NCBI GenBank assembly: GCA_963744945.1 | Contig: CAVUVO010000022.1 | Span: 17,609-81,608, forward strand | DNA length: 64,000 nt | From: an uncultured Alphaproteobacteria bacterium | GTDB taxonomy: Bacteria > Pseudomonadota > Alphaproteobacteria > Rhizobiales > Methyloligellaceae | Reading direction: 5' to 3' | Shown: one piece after another, positions 12,346 to 24,087 of the stretch | Position numbering within the stretch: position 1 is the stretch's first letter | How the letters are laid out: every line of letters starts with the position of its first letter | Notes under the pieces: model-generated | Databases searched by the model: none | What the model saw: only the letters and a program-made list of their open reading frames with translations | What the model was told of the DNA's origin: nothing | Made by a program: the position numbers and the translations under genes

Positions 12346-12459
12346 CTTACATCCATGGGCGAGTTGATCTTGAGGAGGTCTAATAGAGGATTCCGAGGCG
12401 ACCCGGAATGATGTCGATCAAGATAGGAGGAGGAGGGCTCAAGGATTAGAATTTCCTCC

Positions 12460-15400
12460 ATGGGAGAGCCAAAACTCAAGATCGGCGAGAACCTATCCTT
12501 ACCGCGCCGTGCCGGCTTCCGCGATGCGCTGCTCGCTGATGAAGACCAGCTTGTCGCTTCCCTGATCGAGCGCGCGAGATGCAGCAAGGAGGAGCAGAGC
12601 GAGATCGCGCAGCTCGCCGAACAGCTTGTGCTCGCGGCGCGGGCAGGGCGGCACGAGGCTGGCGGCGTCGATTCCTTCCTGCATGAATATGGGCTGTCGA
12701 GCCGCGAAGGCGTGCTGCTGCTCTGCCTCGCCGAAGCATTGCTGCGCATCCCCGATGCCGCCACTGCGGACCGGCTGATCGCCGGCACCATCGGCTCGGC
12801 GATTGGGGGCGGCATCTCGGCCAGTCGAGCTCGCTGCTGGTCAACGCCTCGACCTACGGGCTGATGCTGACCGGCCGCGTCATCGACTGGGGCGAGGGCG
12901 AGGGCAACACGCCGGCGGCATGATCCAGCGCCTGATCGGGCGAAGCGGCGAGCCTGTGATCCGCCAGGCGCTCCGCCAGGCCATGCGCATTCTCGGCGGC
13001 CAGTTCGTCCTCGGCCAGACCATCGAAGAGGCGCTCGCCAATGCCGAGGACGAGGCGGAGCAAGGATATCGCTTCTCCTTCGACATGCTGGGAGAGGCTG
13101 CGCGCACCGCCGACGACGCGGAGCGCTATGCCGCGCGCTATCACGAGGCGGTGGAAGCCATCGCCGCGTGGGCGGGATCGCCGCATTTGCGCGACGAGCA
13201 AGAGCTGCACACGCGGCCCGGGCTGTCGGTGAAGCTGTCGGCGCTGCATCCGCGCTATCAGCCTGCACAAGAGGCGCGGTTGCGGGACGAACTGCTTCCG
13301 GCGGTGCGCGAGCTTGCGCTTGCCATGCGCGAGGCGTGGCTGCCGCTGACCATCGACGCCGAGGAACAGGACAAGCTCGAGCTGAGCTTGGCCCTGGTCG
13401 AGCCGCTGCTCACCGATCCGGCGCTTGCCGGCTGGAACGGGCTTGGGCTTGCCGTTCAGGCTTATGGCAAGCGCACGCTCCCGCTGATCGATTGGCTGTC
13501 GGGGATGGCTGAGGCCACGGGACGGCGCATTCCGGTGCGGCTGGTCAAGGGCGCCTATTGGGACAGCGAGATCAAATGGGCGCAGGAAGCAGGGCTCGGG
13601 GGCTATCCGGTGTTCACCCGCAAGGTGAATACCGACGTCGCCTATCTTGCCGCGGCGCGGACGCTGCTCGCGCGGCCTGACCAATTCTTCCCGCAATTCG
13701 CCACGCACAACGCGCATACCATCGCGGCCATCGCCGTGCTGGCGGGAAACCGCGATTACGAGTTCCAGCGGCTCTACGGCATGGGCGAGGCGCTGCATCG
13801 CGAGGTGGTGCGGCCTGAGGCGCTGGGCAAGCCATGCCGCATCTACGCGCCGGTCGGCGGTCACAAGGATCTGCTCGCCTATCTCGTGCGCCGGCTGCTC
13901 GAGAACGGCGCCAACACCTCCTTCGTCAATCGGCTCGCCGACGACGAGGCGCCGATTGCGGCAATCGTCGCCGATCCGGTGGAGAAGGCGGCGAGGCTCG
14001 AGCCAAAGGCCAATCCGCTGATCCCGGTCCCGCCGGATCTGTTTCTGCCGGAGCGGCGGAACAGTCTGGGGCTGGCTCTGTGGGACGACGAGGTCCGCGA
14101 GCCCTTGCTCGCCTCCATCAAGCAAGCGCTGGCCACGCCGGCGGAAGCAGGCCCCATCGTCTCGGGTGAAGTGTTAGAGGGTGTCGAGAGCGTCGACATC
14201 ACCTCGCCGCATGACCGCAGGGTGATCGTCGGCACCTGCCGCTCCGCCGATCCGCCGGCCATCGACAGGGCACTGTCCGCGGCCAAGGCCGCCTCTCATG
14301 ATTGGGACGCCTTGGGCGGAGAGGCCCGCGCTGCCATCCTCGACCGCGCCGCCGATCTGTTCGAGGCAGACCGCGCCACGCTGATGGGGCTGATGGTGCG
14401 GGAAGCAGGCAAGACGCTCGGCAATGCGCAGGGCGATCTCCGCGAGGCGGTGGATCACCTTCGCTACGCGGCGGCGGAGGCGCGCCGGAGCTTCGCCGCG
14501 CCGCGCGAGCTCAAGGGGCCGACCGGCGAACGCAACGAGCTCAGCTTGCATGGGCGCGGCGTGTTCGCCTGCATCTCGCCCTGGAACTTCCCGCTTGCCA
14601 TTTTCACCGGGCAGCTCGCGGGCGCGCTCGCTGCCGGCAATGCCGTGGTAGCGAAGCCCGCCGAGCAGACGCCGCTCACCGCCTTCCGCGCCGTGAAGCA
14701 TCTCTATGCCGCGGGCGTGCCGCCGGACGTGCTGCATCTGCTTCCCGGAGCCGGCGAGACGGTCGGCGCCGCGCTGATCCGCGATCCGCGCATCGATGGC
14801 GTCGCCTTCACCGGCGGCACCGATACCGGCATCGCCATCAACCGGGCGCTTGCCGCGCGCGACGGGCCGCTTGTCAGGCTCATTGCCGAGACCGGCGGCC
14901 AGAATTGCATGATCGTCGATTCCTCCGCGCTGCCTGAGCAGGTGGTCGACGACGCGTTAGCGTCGGCCTTCGACAGCGCCGGCCAGCGCTGCTCGGCGCT
15001 CCGTGTGCTCTTCCTCCAGGAGGACGTGGCCGGGAGCATGATCGACATGCTGCTTGGCGCGGCGCGTGAGCTCGTCATTGGCGATCCGCTCGATTACGCG
15101 ACCGATGTTGGGCCGGTGATCGACGCCGAGGCGAAAGAGGCGCTGGAGCAACACAAGGCGCGCATGCGGCACGAGGCGCGCGAGTTGCTCGATCTATCGT
15201 TGCCTCCGCCTCGCGCGCACGGCACCTATGTCTCGCCTGCGATCTACACAATCTCCTCGCTCAAGCTGCTGCCGCGCGAGGTGTTTGGACCGATCCTGCA
15301 TGTGATCACTTACGCCGGAGACCGGCTTGGCGAAGTGTGCGAGGCGATCAATGCCACGGGCTACGGGCTGACGCTTGGGCTGCACACCCGCGTGCAGGCC

Positions 15401-15637
15401 ACCGCCGACTTCGTGGCGGCGCGGGTCAAGGTCGGGAACCTGTACGTGAACCGCAACCAAATCGGCGCTGTGGTTGGCGTGCAGCCCTTCGGCGGCGAGG
15501 GCCTCTCCGGGACCGGGCCAAAGACCGGAGGGCCGAATTATCTCAAGGGCTTTGCGCTCGAGCGGGTGCGCACCACCGACCTCACCGCCTCGGGTGGCAA
15601 TGCCGCGCTGCTCGCCGCGGCAAGCGACGACGATTAG
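12460..15637 (+). CDS. putA: Bifunctional proline dehydrogenase / glutamate-semialdehyde dehydrogenase; frameshifts near 12800 and 12910
   Basis: LCLAEALLRIPDAATAD, FSFDMLGE, VRLVKGAYWD, RRLLENGANTSF, ISPWNFPLAIF and SAGQRCSALR. Confidence 0.95.
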
Positions 15638-15713
15638 CTCGCCGAAACCATTGTCGTGAGGCATGGGAGGGTCCATCTTAGCGGTGGGGGCGCGCCGATC
15701 GGAGGCCTTTGAT

Positions 15714-16451
15714 ATGGCGGCTCAATCAAAGACGCCGGTGAAGACAGAGAGTGGCGGCGCGGTCGAGACCGCGCGGTCGAGCGGCGCCGAGGTCGATGCC
15801 TTCCTCGCGCGTGTGAAGTCCATGACGCCGACGACCGTCTCGGGCCGGGGCCGGCTGATCTTCGCCATGGACGCGACCATGAGCCGGCAGCCGACCTGGG
15901 ATATGGCGCTCAAGCTTCAAGGCGACATGTTCAGCGCCGTGAAGGAGGTTGGCGGGCTCGACGTGCAGCTCGTCTATTTCCGTGGGCTCGGCGAGACCCG
16001 GGCGAGCAAATGGGTCGGCGACCCCGAGGCACTGGCGCGGCTGATGACGCGCGTCTCCTGCCAGGGCGGCTACACGCAGATCCGCAAGGTGCTTTCTCAC
16101 GCCCGCCGCGAAAGTAAGCAGGCCAAGGTCAATGCCGTCGTCTATGTCGGCGACTGCATGGAGGAGGATATCGACGACCTCTGCGCACGGGCGGGCGAGC
16201 TTGCGCTGCTCGGCGTGCCGATGTTCCTGTTCCAGGAAGGCCGCGAGCCGAAGGCCGAGCGGACCTTCAAGGAGATCGCCCGGCTCACGCGCGGCGCCTA
16301 TTGCCATTTCGATGCCGGCTCGGCGCGGCAGCTTCGTGAGCTTCTGGCGGCGGTCGCGGTGTACGCAACAGGCGGCCGCAAGGCGCTGCAAGATCATGGG
16401 GCGGCGACCAAGAGTGCCGCCGCGGTGCAGCTTCTCGAGCAGCTCGGCTAA
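15714..16451 (+). CDS. vWA-domain protein
   Basis: MIDAS-like FAMDATMS; YVGDCMEE. Confidence 0.8.
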   Translation: MAAQSKTPVKTESGGAVETARSSGAEVDAFLARVKSMTPTTVSGRGRLIFAMDATMSRQPTWDMALKLQGDMFSAVKEVGGLDVQLVYFRGLGETRASKWVGDPEALARLMTRVSCQGGYTQIRKVLSHARRESKQAKVNAVVYVGDCMEEDIDDLCARAGELALLGVPMFLFQEGREPKAERTFKEIARLTRGAYCHFDAGSARQLRELLAAVAVYATGGRKALQDHGAATKSAAAVQLLEQLG

Positions 16452-16462
16452 ATTCTCGTCCA

Positions 16463-17185
16463 ATGCCAGCGTTTCTTGCCGGTCTTGCGGCTCTTCTCAT
16501 CCTCGTATTTGGCGCGCGTCTGCTCGCAACGGCCAATCCGCAGACGCTTGCCCTGGTTCTGCGGAAGGGCGCCGGCGTGGCGCTTTTGCTCCTCGCCCTC
16601 TTCCTGATTGCCCGTGGTGCGCTCCCGCTCGCCATCCCGCTCGCCTTTTTCGGCCTCGCGCTGCTCGGCATGAAGACGGGGTCGTGGTTCGGGGCAGGGG
16701 GACCGTTCGGTTCCGCCGACAAGTCGCCGGGCCAGAAATCAGAGGTGCGCACCGACGCACTCGAAATGGCGCTCGATCACGACAGCGGTCATATGGAGGG
16801 ACGAATCCTCAAGGGCCAGTTCGCTGGCAGGACCCTCTCCTCGCTGAGCGACGAGGACTTGCTCGTTCTGCTCGAGGAGCTGCGCGGTTCCGACGAGCAG
16901 GGCGCAATCCTGATCGAGGCCTATATCGACCGGCGGCCGCAAGGCTGGCGCGAGGCGCCCGAAGATGCCGCCAGGGCCGAGGCCCGGCAGCCTCCGGGCG
17001 GGCGCGGGCGCATGACGCGGGAGGAGGCCTATGAGGTGCTAGGGCTTGCCAAAGGGGCGAACGAAGATGAAATTCGCGCCGCGCATCGCAAGCTGATGAT
17101 GAAGCTTCACCCGGACCAGGGCGGCTCGACCTACCTTGCCGCGCGCATCAACGAGGCGAAGGACGTCCTGGTCGGGCGGAACTAG
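16463..17185 (+). CDS. Membrane protein with C-terminal DnaJ domain
   Basis: N-terminal TM helices; EAYEVLGL...LHPDQGGS J-domain with HPD. Confidence 0.85.
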   Translation: MPAFLAGLAALLILVFGARLLATANPQTLALVLRKGAGVALLLLALFLIARGALPLAIPLAFFGLALLGMKTGSWFGAGGPFGSADKSPGQKSEVRTDALEMALDHDSGHMEGRILKGQFAGRTLSSLSDEDLLVLLEELRGSDEQGAILIEAYIDRRPQGWREAPEDAARAEARQPPGGRGRMTREEAYEVLGLAKGANEDEIRAAHRKLMMKLHPDQGGSTYLAARINEAKDVLVGRN

Positions 17186-17188
17186 CTG

Positions 17189-18568
17189 CTAATTGGCGCG
17201 CATCACCACGCATTCGAAGGACATGCGCTTAAGCTCGGCGCAGGTGCTCTTGGCGCGATCCTGCGTGAAGCCGGCGAAGCGCGCGCGGTACCATTGCGTG
17301 TCGTCCTTCTGGAAAACGACCGCGACCGGCTGATGGCCATCGAGGATGGTGGTGGCGCGGCCTCGGACCTCGCCGAGCCTGCTCTCGGCCTCGGCTTGGG
17401 AGGTGAACGCTCCGACCTGCACGTGATAGGGGCCAGCTGCTTTCGCTGATGTCGTGGGGCCAGTTGGCGTTGGGTCTGCTGCGACTGCTGCTGGAGCGAG
17501 TTTGGCGGCTGTATTGCTGAAGCTCACAGGTTCCGCGGGTCCGGCGGAGGCGAGGGCGAACACGCGCTTCTTGGCGACCGGCGGTGGCGGCGGGGCAGTT
17601 TCGAGGCTCGCAACCAGCGGCGCCGTATCCACAGGTCTCGGCTTACCGGCGACGGCCTTGGGGAAAGATTTGTCAAGCAGCGACCGCATGGCGGCGTCGC
17701 GCTGGGAGCCGGTCCTGCCGCCGAGCACGACCGCCACGAGGTGCTTGTCGTCGCGCTTGACCGAGGCAGTGAGGTTGAAGCCAGCCGCCCTGGTGTAGCC
17801 GGTCTTGATGCCGTCGGTGCCCTTGTAGCCGAACAGGAGACGGTTGTGGTTGCGGTAGCGGTGGCCGCGATAGGTGAAATATTTCGTCTGGAAGCAGCCG
17901 TAATATTCCGGGAAGTCGCGAATCAGATGCTGCGCCAGGATGGCCATATCGCGCGCGGTGGTCACCTGCTGGTCGTTCGGCAGGCCGGAGGCGTTGCGGA
18001 ACAGCGTGGACATCATGCCGATCTCCTGCGCCTTCCTGGTCATCACCCTGGCGAAGTTCCCTTCGGTGCCTGCGAGGTTCTCGGCGATGGTCACGGCGGC
18101 GTCATTGGCGGAGAGCGTGACGAGGGCATTCACGGCGTCGGCTGCGCGAATGGTCGCACCCGGCTTCAGACCGAGCTTGGTCGGCGATTGGCTTGCCGCA
18201 TAGGGCGTCACCACGAATTCCGTATCGGGGGTCACGGCGCCGGAGCGCAAATAGGAGAAGAGGACGTAGAGGGTCATCATCTTGGTGAGCGAGGCGGGGG
18301 CCCGAGGGGTCATCGAGGCCTGCTCATGCAGGATGCGGCCTGAGTTCATATCGACCACGATGGCCGCAGCGATGGCGCTGCCGCTGGAGCGCTTCTTCGA
18401 GGCGGCAAGCGCCGCACTCGACGGCGCCGCTATCGCAAGTGCGAGCAAAAGCGCAAGCCATGCACGCGGCCGCGGCCCACAAAAACTTTTGAGCTCTCGG
18501 AACTTCACCCCGTCCCCGAAGGCCTGTTCGGCCTCGCCCCCGTCTTTTCGAATCCCCAACGCACCCAA
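17189..18568 (-). CDS. D-alanyl-D-alanine carboxypeptidase (S11) with C-terminal SPOR domain; start uncertain
   Basis: PASLTKMMT (SxxK), SAND, GIKTGYT; YHVQVGAF...WYRARF SPOR domain. Confidence 0.9.
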   Translation of the reverse strand: MGALGIRKDGGEAEQAFGDGVKFRELKSFCGPRPRAWLALLLALAIAAPSSAALAASKKRSSGSAIAAAIVVDMNSGRILHEQASMTPRAPASLTKMMTLYVLFSYLRSGAVTPDTEFVVTPYAASQSPTKLGLKPGATIRAADAVNALVTLSANDAAVTIAENLAGTEGNFARVMTRKAQEIGMMSTLFRNASGLPNDQQVTTARDMAILAQHLIRDFPEYYGCFQTKYFTYRGHRYRNHNRLLFGYKGTDGIKTGYTRAAGFNLTASVKRDDKHLVAVVLGGRTGSQRDAAMRSLLDKSFPKAVAGKPRPVDTAPLVASLETAPPPPPVAKKRVFALASAGPAEPVSFSNTAAKLAPAAVAADPTPTGPTTSAKAAGPYHVQVGAFTSQAEAESRLGEVRGRATTILDGHQPVAVVFQKDDTQWYRARFAGFTQDRAKSTCAELKRMSFECVVMRAN

Positions 18569-18664
18569 GAAACACGAGCTTTGGCGTATCTTGCTGGCGC
18601 GACTTGGTTCGGAAGAAGGCTAAAATCCGGCGATTGCCAAAGCGTTAAGGCCGATAAGTTTGAC

Positions 18665-18712
18665 TTATTGTGCAGTGCAAAAATTTTTGTTGACCGTTTA
18701 TTGTGCAATGCA
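18665..18712 (+). promoter_or_regulatory. Tandem TTATTGTGCA(G/A)TGCA repeats; probable PhaR/AniA operator of the phasin gene
   Basis: 15-bp repeat at 18665-18679 and 18698-18712, ~50 bp upstream of the phasin ATG; TGC-rich like known PhaR boxes. Confidence 0.65.
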
Positions 18713-18761
18713 TATATAAGGTTCACCACGCTAGGATCGTTTTTTCCAGAGAGGGCTTCCA

Positions 18762-19094
18762 ATGCTCAAAGGTTTCGAAGAGTTTCAGAAAGTGGGTAAA
18801 GACGGCTTCGATGCGGCCGTGAAGTCGTTCGGCGAGATGAACAAGGGCTTCCAGGCGATCGCTGCCGAGGTCACCGATTATTCCAAGAAGGCGTTCGAGG
18901 ACGGCACCCGCGCCTTCGAGCAGCTCATCGGCGCAAAGTCGGTAGAGCAGGCCGTCGAGATTCAATCCACGTATGCGAAGAAGGCCTATGACACCTACAT
19001 CGCCGAGATGTCCAAGATCGGTGAGATGTATGCCGGCCTCGCTCGCGACGCCTACAAGCCGGTCGAGACCGCTTTGACCAAGAAGGTCTCCTAA
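18762..19094 (+). CDS. Phasin family protein
   Basis: KGFQAIAAEVTDYSKKAFE...AVEIQSTYAKKAY; conserved position upstream of clpS. Confidence 0.88.
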   Translation: MLKGFEEFQKVGKDGFDAAVKSFGEMNKGFQAIAAEVTDYSKKAFEDGTRAFEQLIGAKSVEQAVEIQSTYAKKAYDTYIAEMSKIGEMYAGLARDAYKPVETALTKKVS

Positions 19095-19124
19095 CCGCAC
19101 CTGCCAAACTCCACTGGTCCATCG

Positions 19125-19160
19125 AAAAGACCCGGGATTGTCTCCCGGGTCTTTTTTTTT
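19125..19160 (+). terminator. Rho-independent terminator
   Basis: AAAAGACCCGGGA-ttgtc-TCCCGGGTCTTTTTTTTT. Confidence 0.9.
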
Positions 19161-19335
19161 GCCGTTTTCCCGTCCGCAATCGGCACTATGTTATGGACGG
19201 TGGGGACGAGCCGATTTGCTGCTTCTTGCCCGATGCCGTTAGAATGGCTCAGGATGCCGGTCGGCAGCTATCAGCACAAAGGACCATTCGGTCGCCTTGG
19301 CAGATGAAGAACGAGACGCCACATAGGGGTTGACG

Positions 19336-19665
19336 ATGGCGCGAAACGGCGACACTCGCCGGGGCGGCGACACCGGCACTCATATCATCACCAAGACGCG
19401 TCCGAAGACGAAGCGGCCGAGCCTGTACAAGGTGCTGCTTCTCAACGACGATTACACGCCGATGGATTTCGTCGTGTATGTGCTCGAACGCTTCTTCAAT
19501 AAGCCGCCGGAAGAGGCGACTCGTATTATGCTGCATGTCCATCAGAAGGGCGTCGGCATCTGCGGAGTTTACACATATGAGGTGGCTGAGACTAAAGTAG
19601 CCCAGGTGACAAGCTTTGCTCGCCAGAACGAGCACCCGCTACAATGCACCATGGAGAAAGAGTGA
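19336..19665 (+). CDS. clpS: Clp protease adaptor ClpS
   Basis: [16 protein letters not shown] and HPLQCTME. Confidence 0.97.
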   Translation: MARNGDTRRGGDTGTHIITKTRPKTKRPSLYKVLLLNDDYTPMDFVVYVLERFFNKPPEEATRIMLHVHQKGVGICGVYTYEVAETKVAQVTSFARQNEHPLQCTMEKE

Positions 19666-19673
19666 GGATCTAG

Positions 19674-22175
19674 GTGGCTTCCTTTTCGTCCAGTCTGGAA
19701 CAGGCCCTCCGGCGCGCTCTGCAATATGCCAATGAGCGCAGCCACGAATATGCGACGCTCGAGCATCTCCTGCTGTCGCTGCTCGACGATCGCGACGCCG
19801 CGGCGGTAATGCGCGCCTGCGACGTCGACATCGACCTGTTGCGGGACAAGCTCACCGGATATCTCGACAACGAGCTCGCCGGCCTCGTGCTCGATTCGCA
19901 CAACGACGCCCAGCCGACCGCCGGCTTCCAGCGCGTCATCCACCGCGCCGTGGCTCATGTGCAGTCCTCCGGCCGCGAGGAGGTGACCGGCGCCAATGTG
20001 CTGGTGGCGATCTTCGCCGAGCGCGAGAGCCACGCCGCCTTCTTCCTGCAAGAGCAGCACATGACCCGCTTCGATGCGGTGAATTACATCAGCCACGGCA
20101 TCGCCAAGCGCGCCGGCATGTCCGAGCCGCGCACCGTGCGCGGCGTGGAAGAGGATGCCGCGACGGTCGAAGGCGGCGATGAGAAGAAGCGCGGCGCCGA
20201 TGCGCTCGAAGTCTATTGCATCAACCTGAACCAGAAGGCGCGGGCCGGCAGGATCGATCCCCTGATCGGGCGGGCCTCCGAGATTCAGCGCACCATCCAG
20301 GTGCTGTGCCGCCGGCAGAAGAACAACCCGCTATTCGTCGGCGATCCCGGCGTCGGCAAGACGGCCATCGCCGAAGGCTTGGCCCGCCGCATCGTCATGG
20401 GCGACGTGCCGGAGGTGCTCGCCGAGTCCACCATCTTCCAGCTCGACATGGGCGCGCTGCTGGCCGGCACCCGCTATCGCGGCGATTTCGAGGAGCGGCT
20501 CAAGGCCGTGATGCGCGAGATCGAGAATTATCCCGGCGCCATCATGTTCATCGACGAGATCCACACGGTGATCGGCGCCGGCGCCACCTCGGGCGGGGCC
20601 ATGGATGCCTCGAACTTGCTGAAGCCAGCGCTCCAGTCAGGCACGCTCCGCTGCATCGGCTCGACCACCTACAAGGAATACCGGCAGCACTTCGAGAAGG
20701 ACCGGGCGCTGGTGCGCAGGTTCCAGAAGATCGACGTGAACGAGCCGTCCGTCCCCGACGCGATCGAGATCCTCAAAGGCCTCAAGCCCTATTTCGAGGA
20801 CTTCCACCGGGTGCGCTACACGCGCCAGGCGATCAAGTCCGCGGTCGAGCTGTCGGCCAAGTACATCCACGACCGCAAGCTGCCGGACAAGGCGATCGAC
20901 GTGATCGACGAGACCGGCGCCTCGCAGATGCTGCTGCCTGAGCGCCAGCGGCGGAAGATCATCGGCGTCAAGGAGGTCGAGTCGACCATCGCCACCATGG
21001 CGCGCATTCCGCCGAAGACGATATCGAAGTCCGACTCCGAGGTGCTGCGCGCCATCGACCAGGATTTGAAGCGGGTGGTGTTCGGCCAGGACCGCGCCAT
21101 CGAGGCGCTTGCCGCCGCGATCAAGCTGTCGCGCGCGGGCCTGCGCGAGCCTGAGAAGCCGATCGGCTGCTACATGTTCTCCGGCCCGACCGGCGTCGGC
21201 AAGACCGAGGTCGCCCGCCAGCTCGCGACGCTGCTCGGCGTCGAGCTGCTCCGCTTCGACATGAGCGAATATATGGAGCGCCACACGGTGTCGCGCCTCA
21301 TCGGCGCGCCGCCCGGCTATGTCGGCTTCGACCAGGGCGGTCTCCTCACCGACGGCATCGACCAGCATCCGCACTCCGTGCTCTTGCTCGACGAGATCGA
21401 GAAGGCGCATCCGGACCTGTTCAACATCCTGTTGCAGATCATGGATCACGGCAAGCTGACCGACCATAACGGCAAGAAGGTCGATTTCCAGAACGTGATC
21501 CTGATCATGACCACGAATGCCGGCGCCTCGGACCTCGCCAAGGCGGCGATCGGCTTCAACCGCTCGAAGCGCGAAGGCGACGACGAGGAGGCGATCACGC
21601 GGCTGTTCAGCCCTGAGTTCCGCAACCGGCTCGACGCCATCATCCCGTTCGCCAACCTCTCGCCGGAGGTCATCTCCAAGGTGGTGGAGAAGTTCGTGTT
21701 CCAGCTCGAGGCGCAGCTCGGCGACCGCAACATCACCATCGAGCTGACGCCTGAGGCTAACGCCTGGCTCGCCGAGCGCGGCTACGACGAGAAGTTCGGC
21801 GCCCGTCCATTGGCGCGGGTGATCCAGGAGCACATCAAGAAGCCGCTCGCCGAGGAGATCCTGTTCGGCGCGCTGAAGGACGGCGGCATCGTGCGCGTTC
21901 TGGTCCAGGAGAAGGACGGCCAGAAGGAGCTCGGCTTCGAGTACCTCAAGGCCGACGCGCCGATCAGGCCGCGCGGGCCTGACGGACTTGAGCCGGAGGA
22001 TTTCGACCCGGATGACTCTGGTCCCGAGGGCGTCGCCAGCGACACCGAAGGACGCAAAGGGGCGCCAAAGTCCAAGGCCAAACGCGCTCCGAGGCGCCCA
22101 GGCCCACGCAGGCCAGGCGCGCGGCGCGGCGCGAGCTCAAGCTCCGTGCCCAAGGTGCCGCTCGGCTCTCGCTGA
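19674..22175 (+). CDS. clpA: ATP-dependent Clp protease ATPase subunit ClpA
   Basis: Two AAA+ modules ([16 protein letters not shown]); follows clpS. Confidence 0.97.
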   Translation: MASFSSSLEQALRRALQYANERSHEYATLEHLLLSLLDDRDAAAVMRACDVDIDLLRDKLTGYLDNELAGLVLDSHNDAQPTAGFQRVIHRAVAHVQSSGREEVTGANVLVAIFAERESHAAFFLQEQHMTRFDAVNYISHGIAKRAGMSEPRTVRGVEEDAATVEGGDEKKRGADALEVYCINLNQKARAGRIDPLIGRASEIQRTIQVLCRRQKNNPLFVGDPGVGKTAIAEGLARRIVMGDVPEVLAESTIFQLDMGALLAGTRYRGDFEERLKAVMREIENYPGAIMFIDEIHTVIGAGATSGGAMDASNLLKPALQSGTLRCIGSTTYKEYRQHFEKDRALVRRFQKIDVNEPSVPDAIEILKGLKPYFEDFHRVRYTRQAIKSAVELSAKYIHDRKLPDKAIDVIDETGASQMLLPERQRRKIIGVKEVESTIATMARIPPKTISKSDSEVLRAIDQDLKRVVFGQDRAIEALAAAIKLSRAGLREPEKPIGCYMFSGPTGVGKTEVARQLATLLGVELLRFDMSEYMERHTVSRLIGAPPGYVGFDQGGLLTDGIDQHPHSVLLLDEIEKAHPDLFNILLQIMDHGKLTDHNGKKVDFQNVILIMTTNAGASDLAKAAIGFNRSKREGDDEEAITRLFSPEFRNRLDAIIPFANLSPEVISKVVEKFVFQLEAQLGDRNITIELTPEANAWLAERGYDEKFGARPLARVIQEHIKKPLAEEILFGALKDGGIVRVLVQEKDGQKELGFEYLKADAPIRPRGPDGLEPEDFDPDDSGPEGVASDTEGRKGAPKSKAKRAPRRPGPRRPGARRGASSSSVPKVPLGSR

Positions 22176-22179
22176 TTTC

Positions 22180-22721
22180 TTAGGGCTGCCGTAGGGTGGG
22201 CAACAGGCGCGTACGCGGCCGTGCCCACCGTATCTTCTGCGCAGACAGGTGAGGTGCTGGGCACGCTTGCGCTTTGCCCACCCTGACAGATTCAGCTCGC
22301 GCCGTCCCGAGCTTCTTCCGGATCTTCTCGGCGGTGGCGGCGAGTTGCGCCTGATCGGCCATGATGCCGGCGTGGGGCTTCAGCTCCGTGCCTTCTTTCC
22401 GTGGGATGATGTGGACGTGCAGGTGGAACACGGTCTGTCCGGCAGCCGCGCCGTTGAACTGCGCGATCAGCACGCCGTCGGCGCCAACCGCCTCCTTGAT
22501 CTGGGGCGCAGCTTCTGCACCACTGCCATCAGCTTGGCCAGCGCCTGCGGCGACACGTCGAACAGGTCGCGGGCCTTCTCCTTGGTGATCACCAGTGCGT
22601 GGCCTTCGGCGCGCGGCATGATGTCGAGGAAAGCAAGCGTGTCCTCGTCCTCGTAGATCTTGTGGGCGGGAAGCTCGCCGCGCAGCACCTTGGCGAAGAC
22701 GTTGTTCGGGTCGTAGGTCAT
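22180..22721 (-). CDS. HIT family hydrolase; frameshift near 22505; as written the 3' end runs through the REP
   Basis: MTYDPNNVFAKVLRGE, AFLDIMP..GHALVI, then AGQTVFHLHVHIIPR histidine triad. Confidence 0.9.
22191..22287. repeat. GTAG-type REP doublet (inverted pair)
   Basis: GTAGGGTGGGCA...GTGCCCACC ... TGGGCACG...TTTGCCCACCCTGAC. Confidence 0.75.
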
Positions 22722-22797
22722 TGACGAAGCCTCGCTGGCATTTTCGCGAGTCATTTCGAGTCGTTGCGGCGCCAAGGTCAACCAGAATCGAAGAATC

Positions 22798-22874
22798 GTA
22801 GCGGTGGGCAACGGCATCGCCGTTGCCCACGCGGAATGTGCTTTGGTGAGCACGTTTCGCTCTGCCCACCCTAC
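22798..22874. repeat. Second GTAG-type REP doublet
   Basis: GTAGCGGTGGGCAACGG...CCGTTGCCCAC ... TCTGCCCACCCTAC; related to 22191-22287. Confidence 0.75.
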
Positions 22875-22876
22875 AG

Positions 22877-24084
22877 AATTGCTGCGCCGGTAAGGCAACT
22901 CCTCGCCGAGGAGTGCGATCTCGCGGGCGACGGCGGCACGCTCCCGCCTCAAGTAGTCGGCGACGGCGCGGCGCAAGCCGGGATCCCTGATCCAATGAGC
23001 GCTGTAGGTCGGCACCGGCAGATAGCCGCGGGCGAGCTTGTGCGCGCCTTGCGCGCCGGCCTCGACGCGCGCGAGCCTATGGGTGATGGCGAAGTCGATG
23101 GCCTGGTAGTAGCAGACCTCGAAATGCAGGCAGGGATGCTCCTCGAGCGCGCCCCAATAGCGGCCGTAGAGCGTATCGGCGCCGATGAAGTTGAGCGCCC
23201 CGGCGATGGTGCGTCCGTCGCGCTTGGCGAACACGAGCAGGATCTCATCGCGCATGGTTTCGCCGATCAGGCTGAAGAACTGCCGCGTGAGATAGGGCGA
23301 GCCCCATTTGCGCGAACCGGTGTCCATGTAGAAGTCGAAGAACGCGTCCCAATGGGCCTCGGTGAGGTCGTTGCCAGTCACCCATTCGATGTCGATGCCG
23401 CCCTCGATCGCCCGCTTGCGCTCGGCGCGAATGGCCTTCCGCTTGCGCGACGTTAGCGCGCCAAGAAAGTCCTCGAAGCACTCGTAGCCATCGTTCCGCC
23501 AGTGGAACTGCTGATCGTTGCGCTGGAGGAAGCCGAGCTTGCCGGCAAGCTCCCACTCCTCGCGCGTCGGGAAGGTGATGTGGAGCGAGGAGGCGTCGAG
23601 CCGGTCGGTCAGCGTCGCCGCGGCCTGGAGCAGGAGCGCCTCGCGCTCTGGACGGCCCGGTCCCTCGCGCACGAGCAGGCGCGGACCGGTGACCGGGGTG
23701 AAGGGCACGGCGGCCTGCAGCTTTGGATAGTAGCTGCCGCCGGCGCGCTCATAGGCGTCGGCCCAGGCGTGATCGAAGACATATTCGCCATAGGAGTGGG
23801 ATTTCAGATAGCAGGGCATGCAGGCGGCGACGCCGCCAGCGGCGTCCTCGAGGACCAGATGCTGCGGCAGCCAGCCGGTTCCGCGCGTCGCCGATCCGCT
23901 CTCTTCCAGCGCGTGTAGAAATGCATGGGAGATGAACGGGTTGGCCGGGCGAGTCTTGCCGCGTCGAATCCGCGCCGCGGGCGCAGGCGTCCCACTCTGC
24001 CGCAGGCACCGCGGCGATGCGCGGCACCACGCGCACGACCGCGCCGTCTTCTTCTCCCTGTTGGCGCTGTTCGATATCGCCCAT
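22877..24084 (-). CDS. GNAT/FemAB-like (DUF482) protein; several frameshifts near 23820-23970; no stop codon before the REP
   Basis: YLKSHSYGEYVFDHAWA, PFTPVTGPR, LYGRYWG, LHFEVCYYQAI and EAGAQGAHKLARGY. Confidence 0.88.
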
Positions 24085-24087
24085 CGC

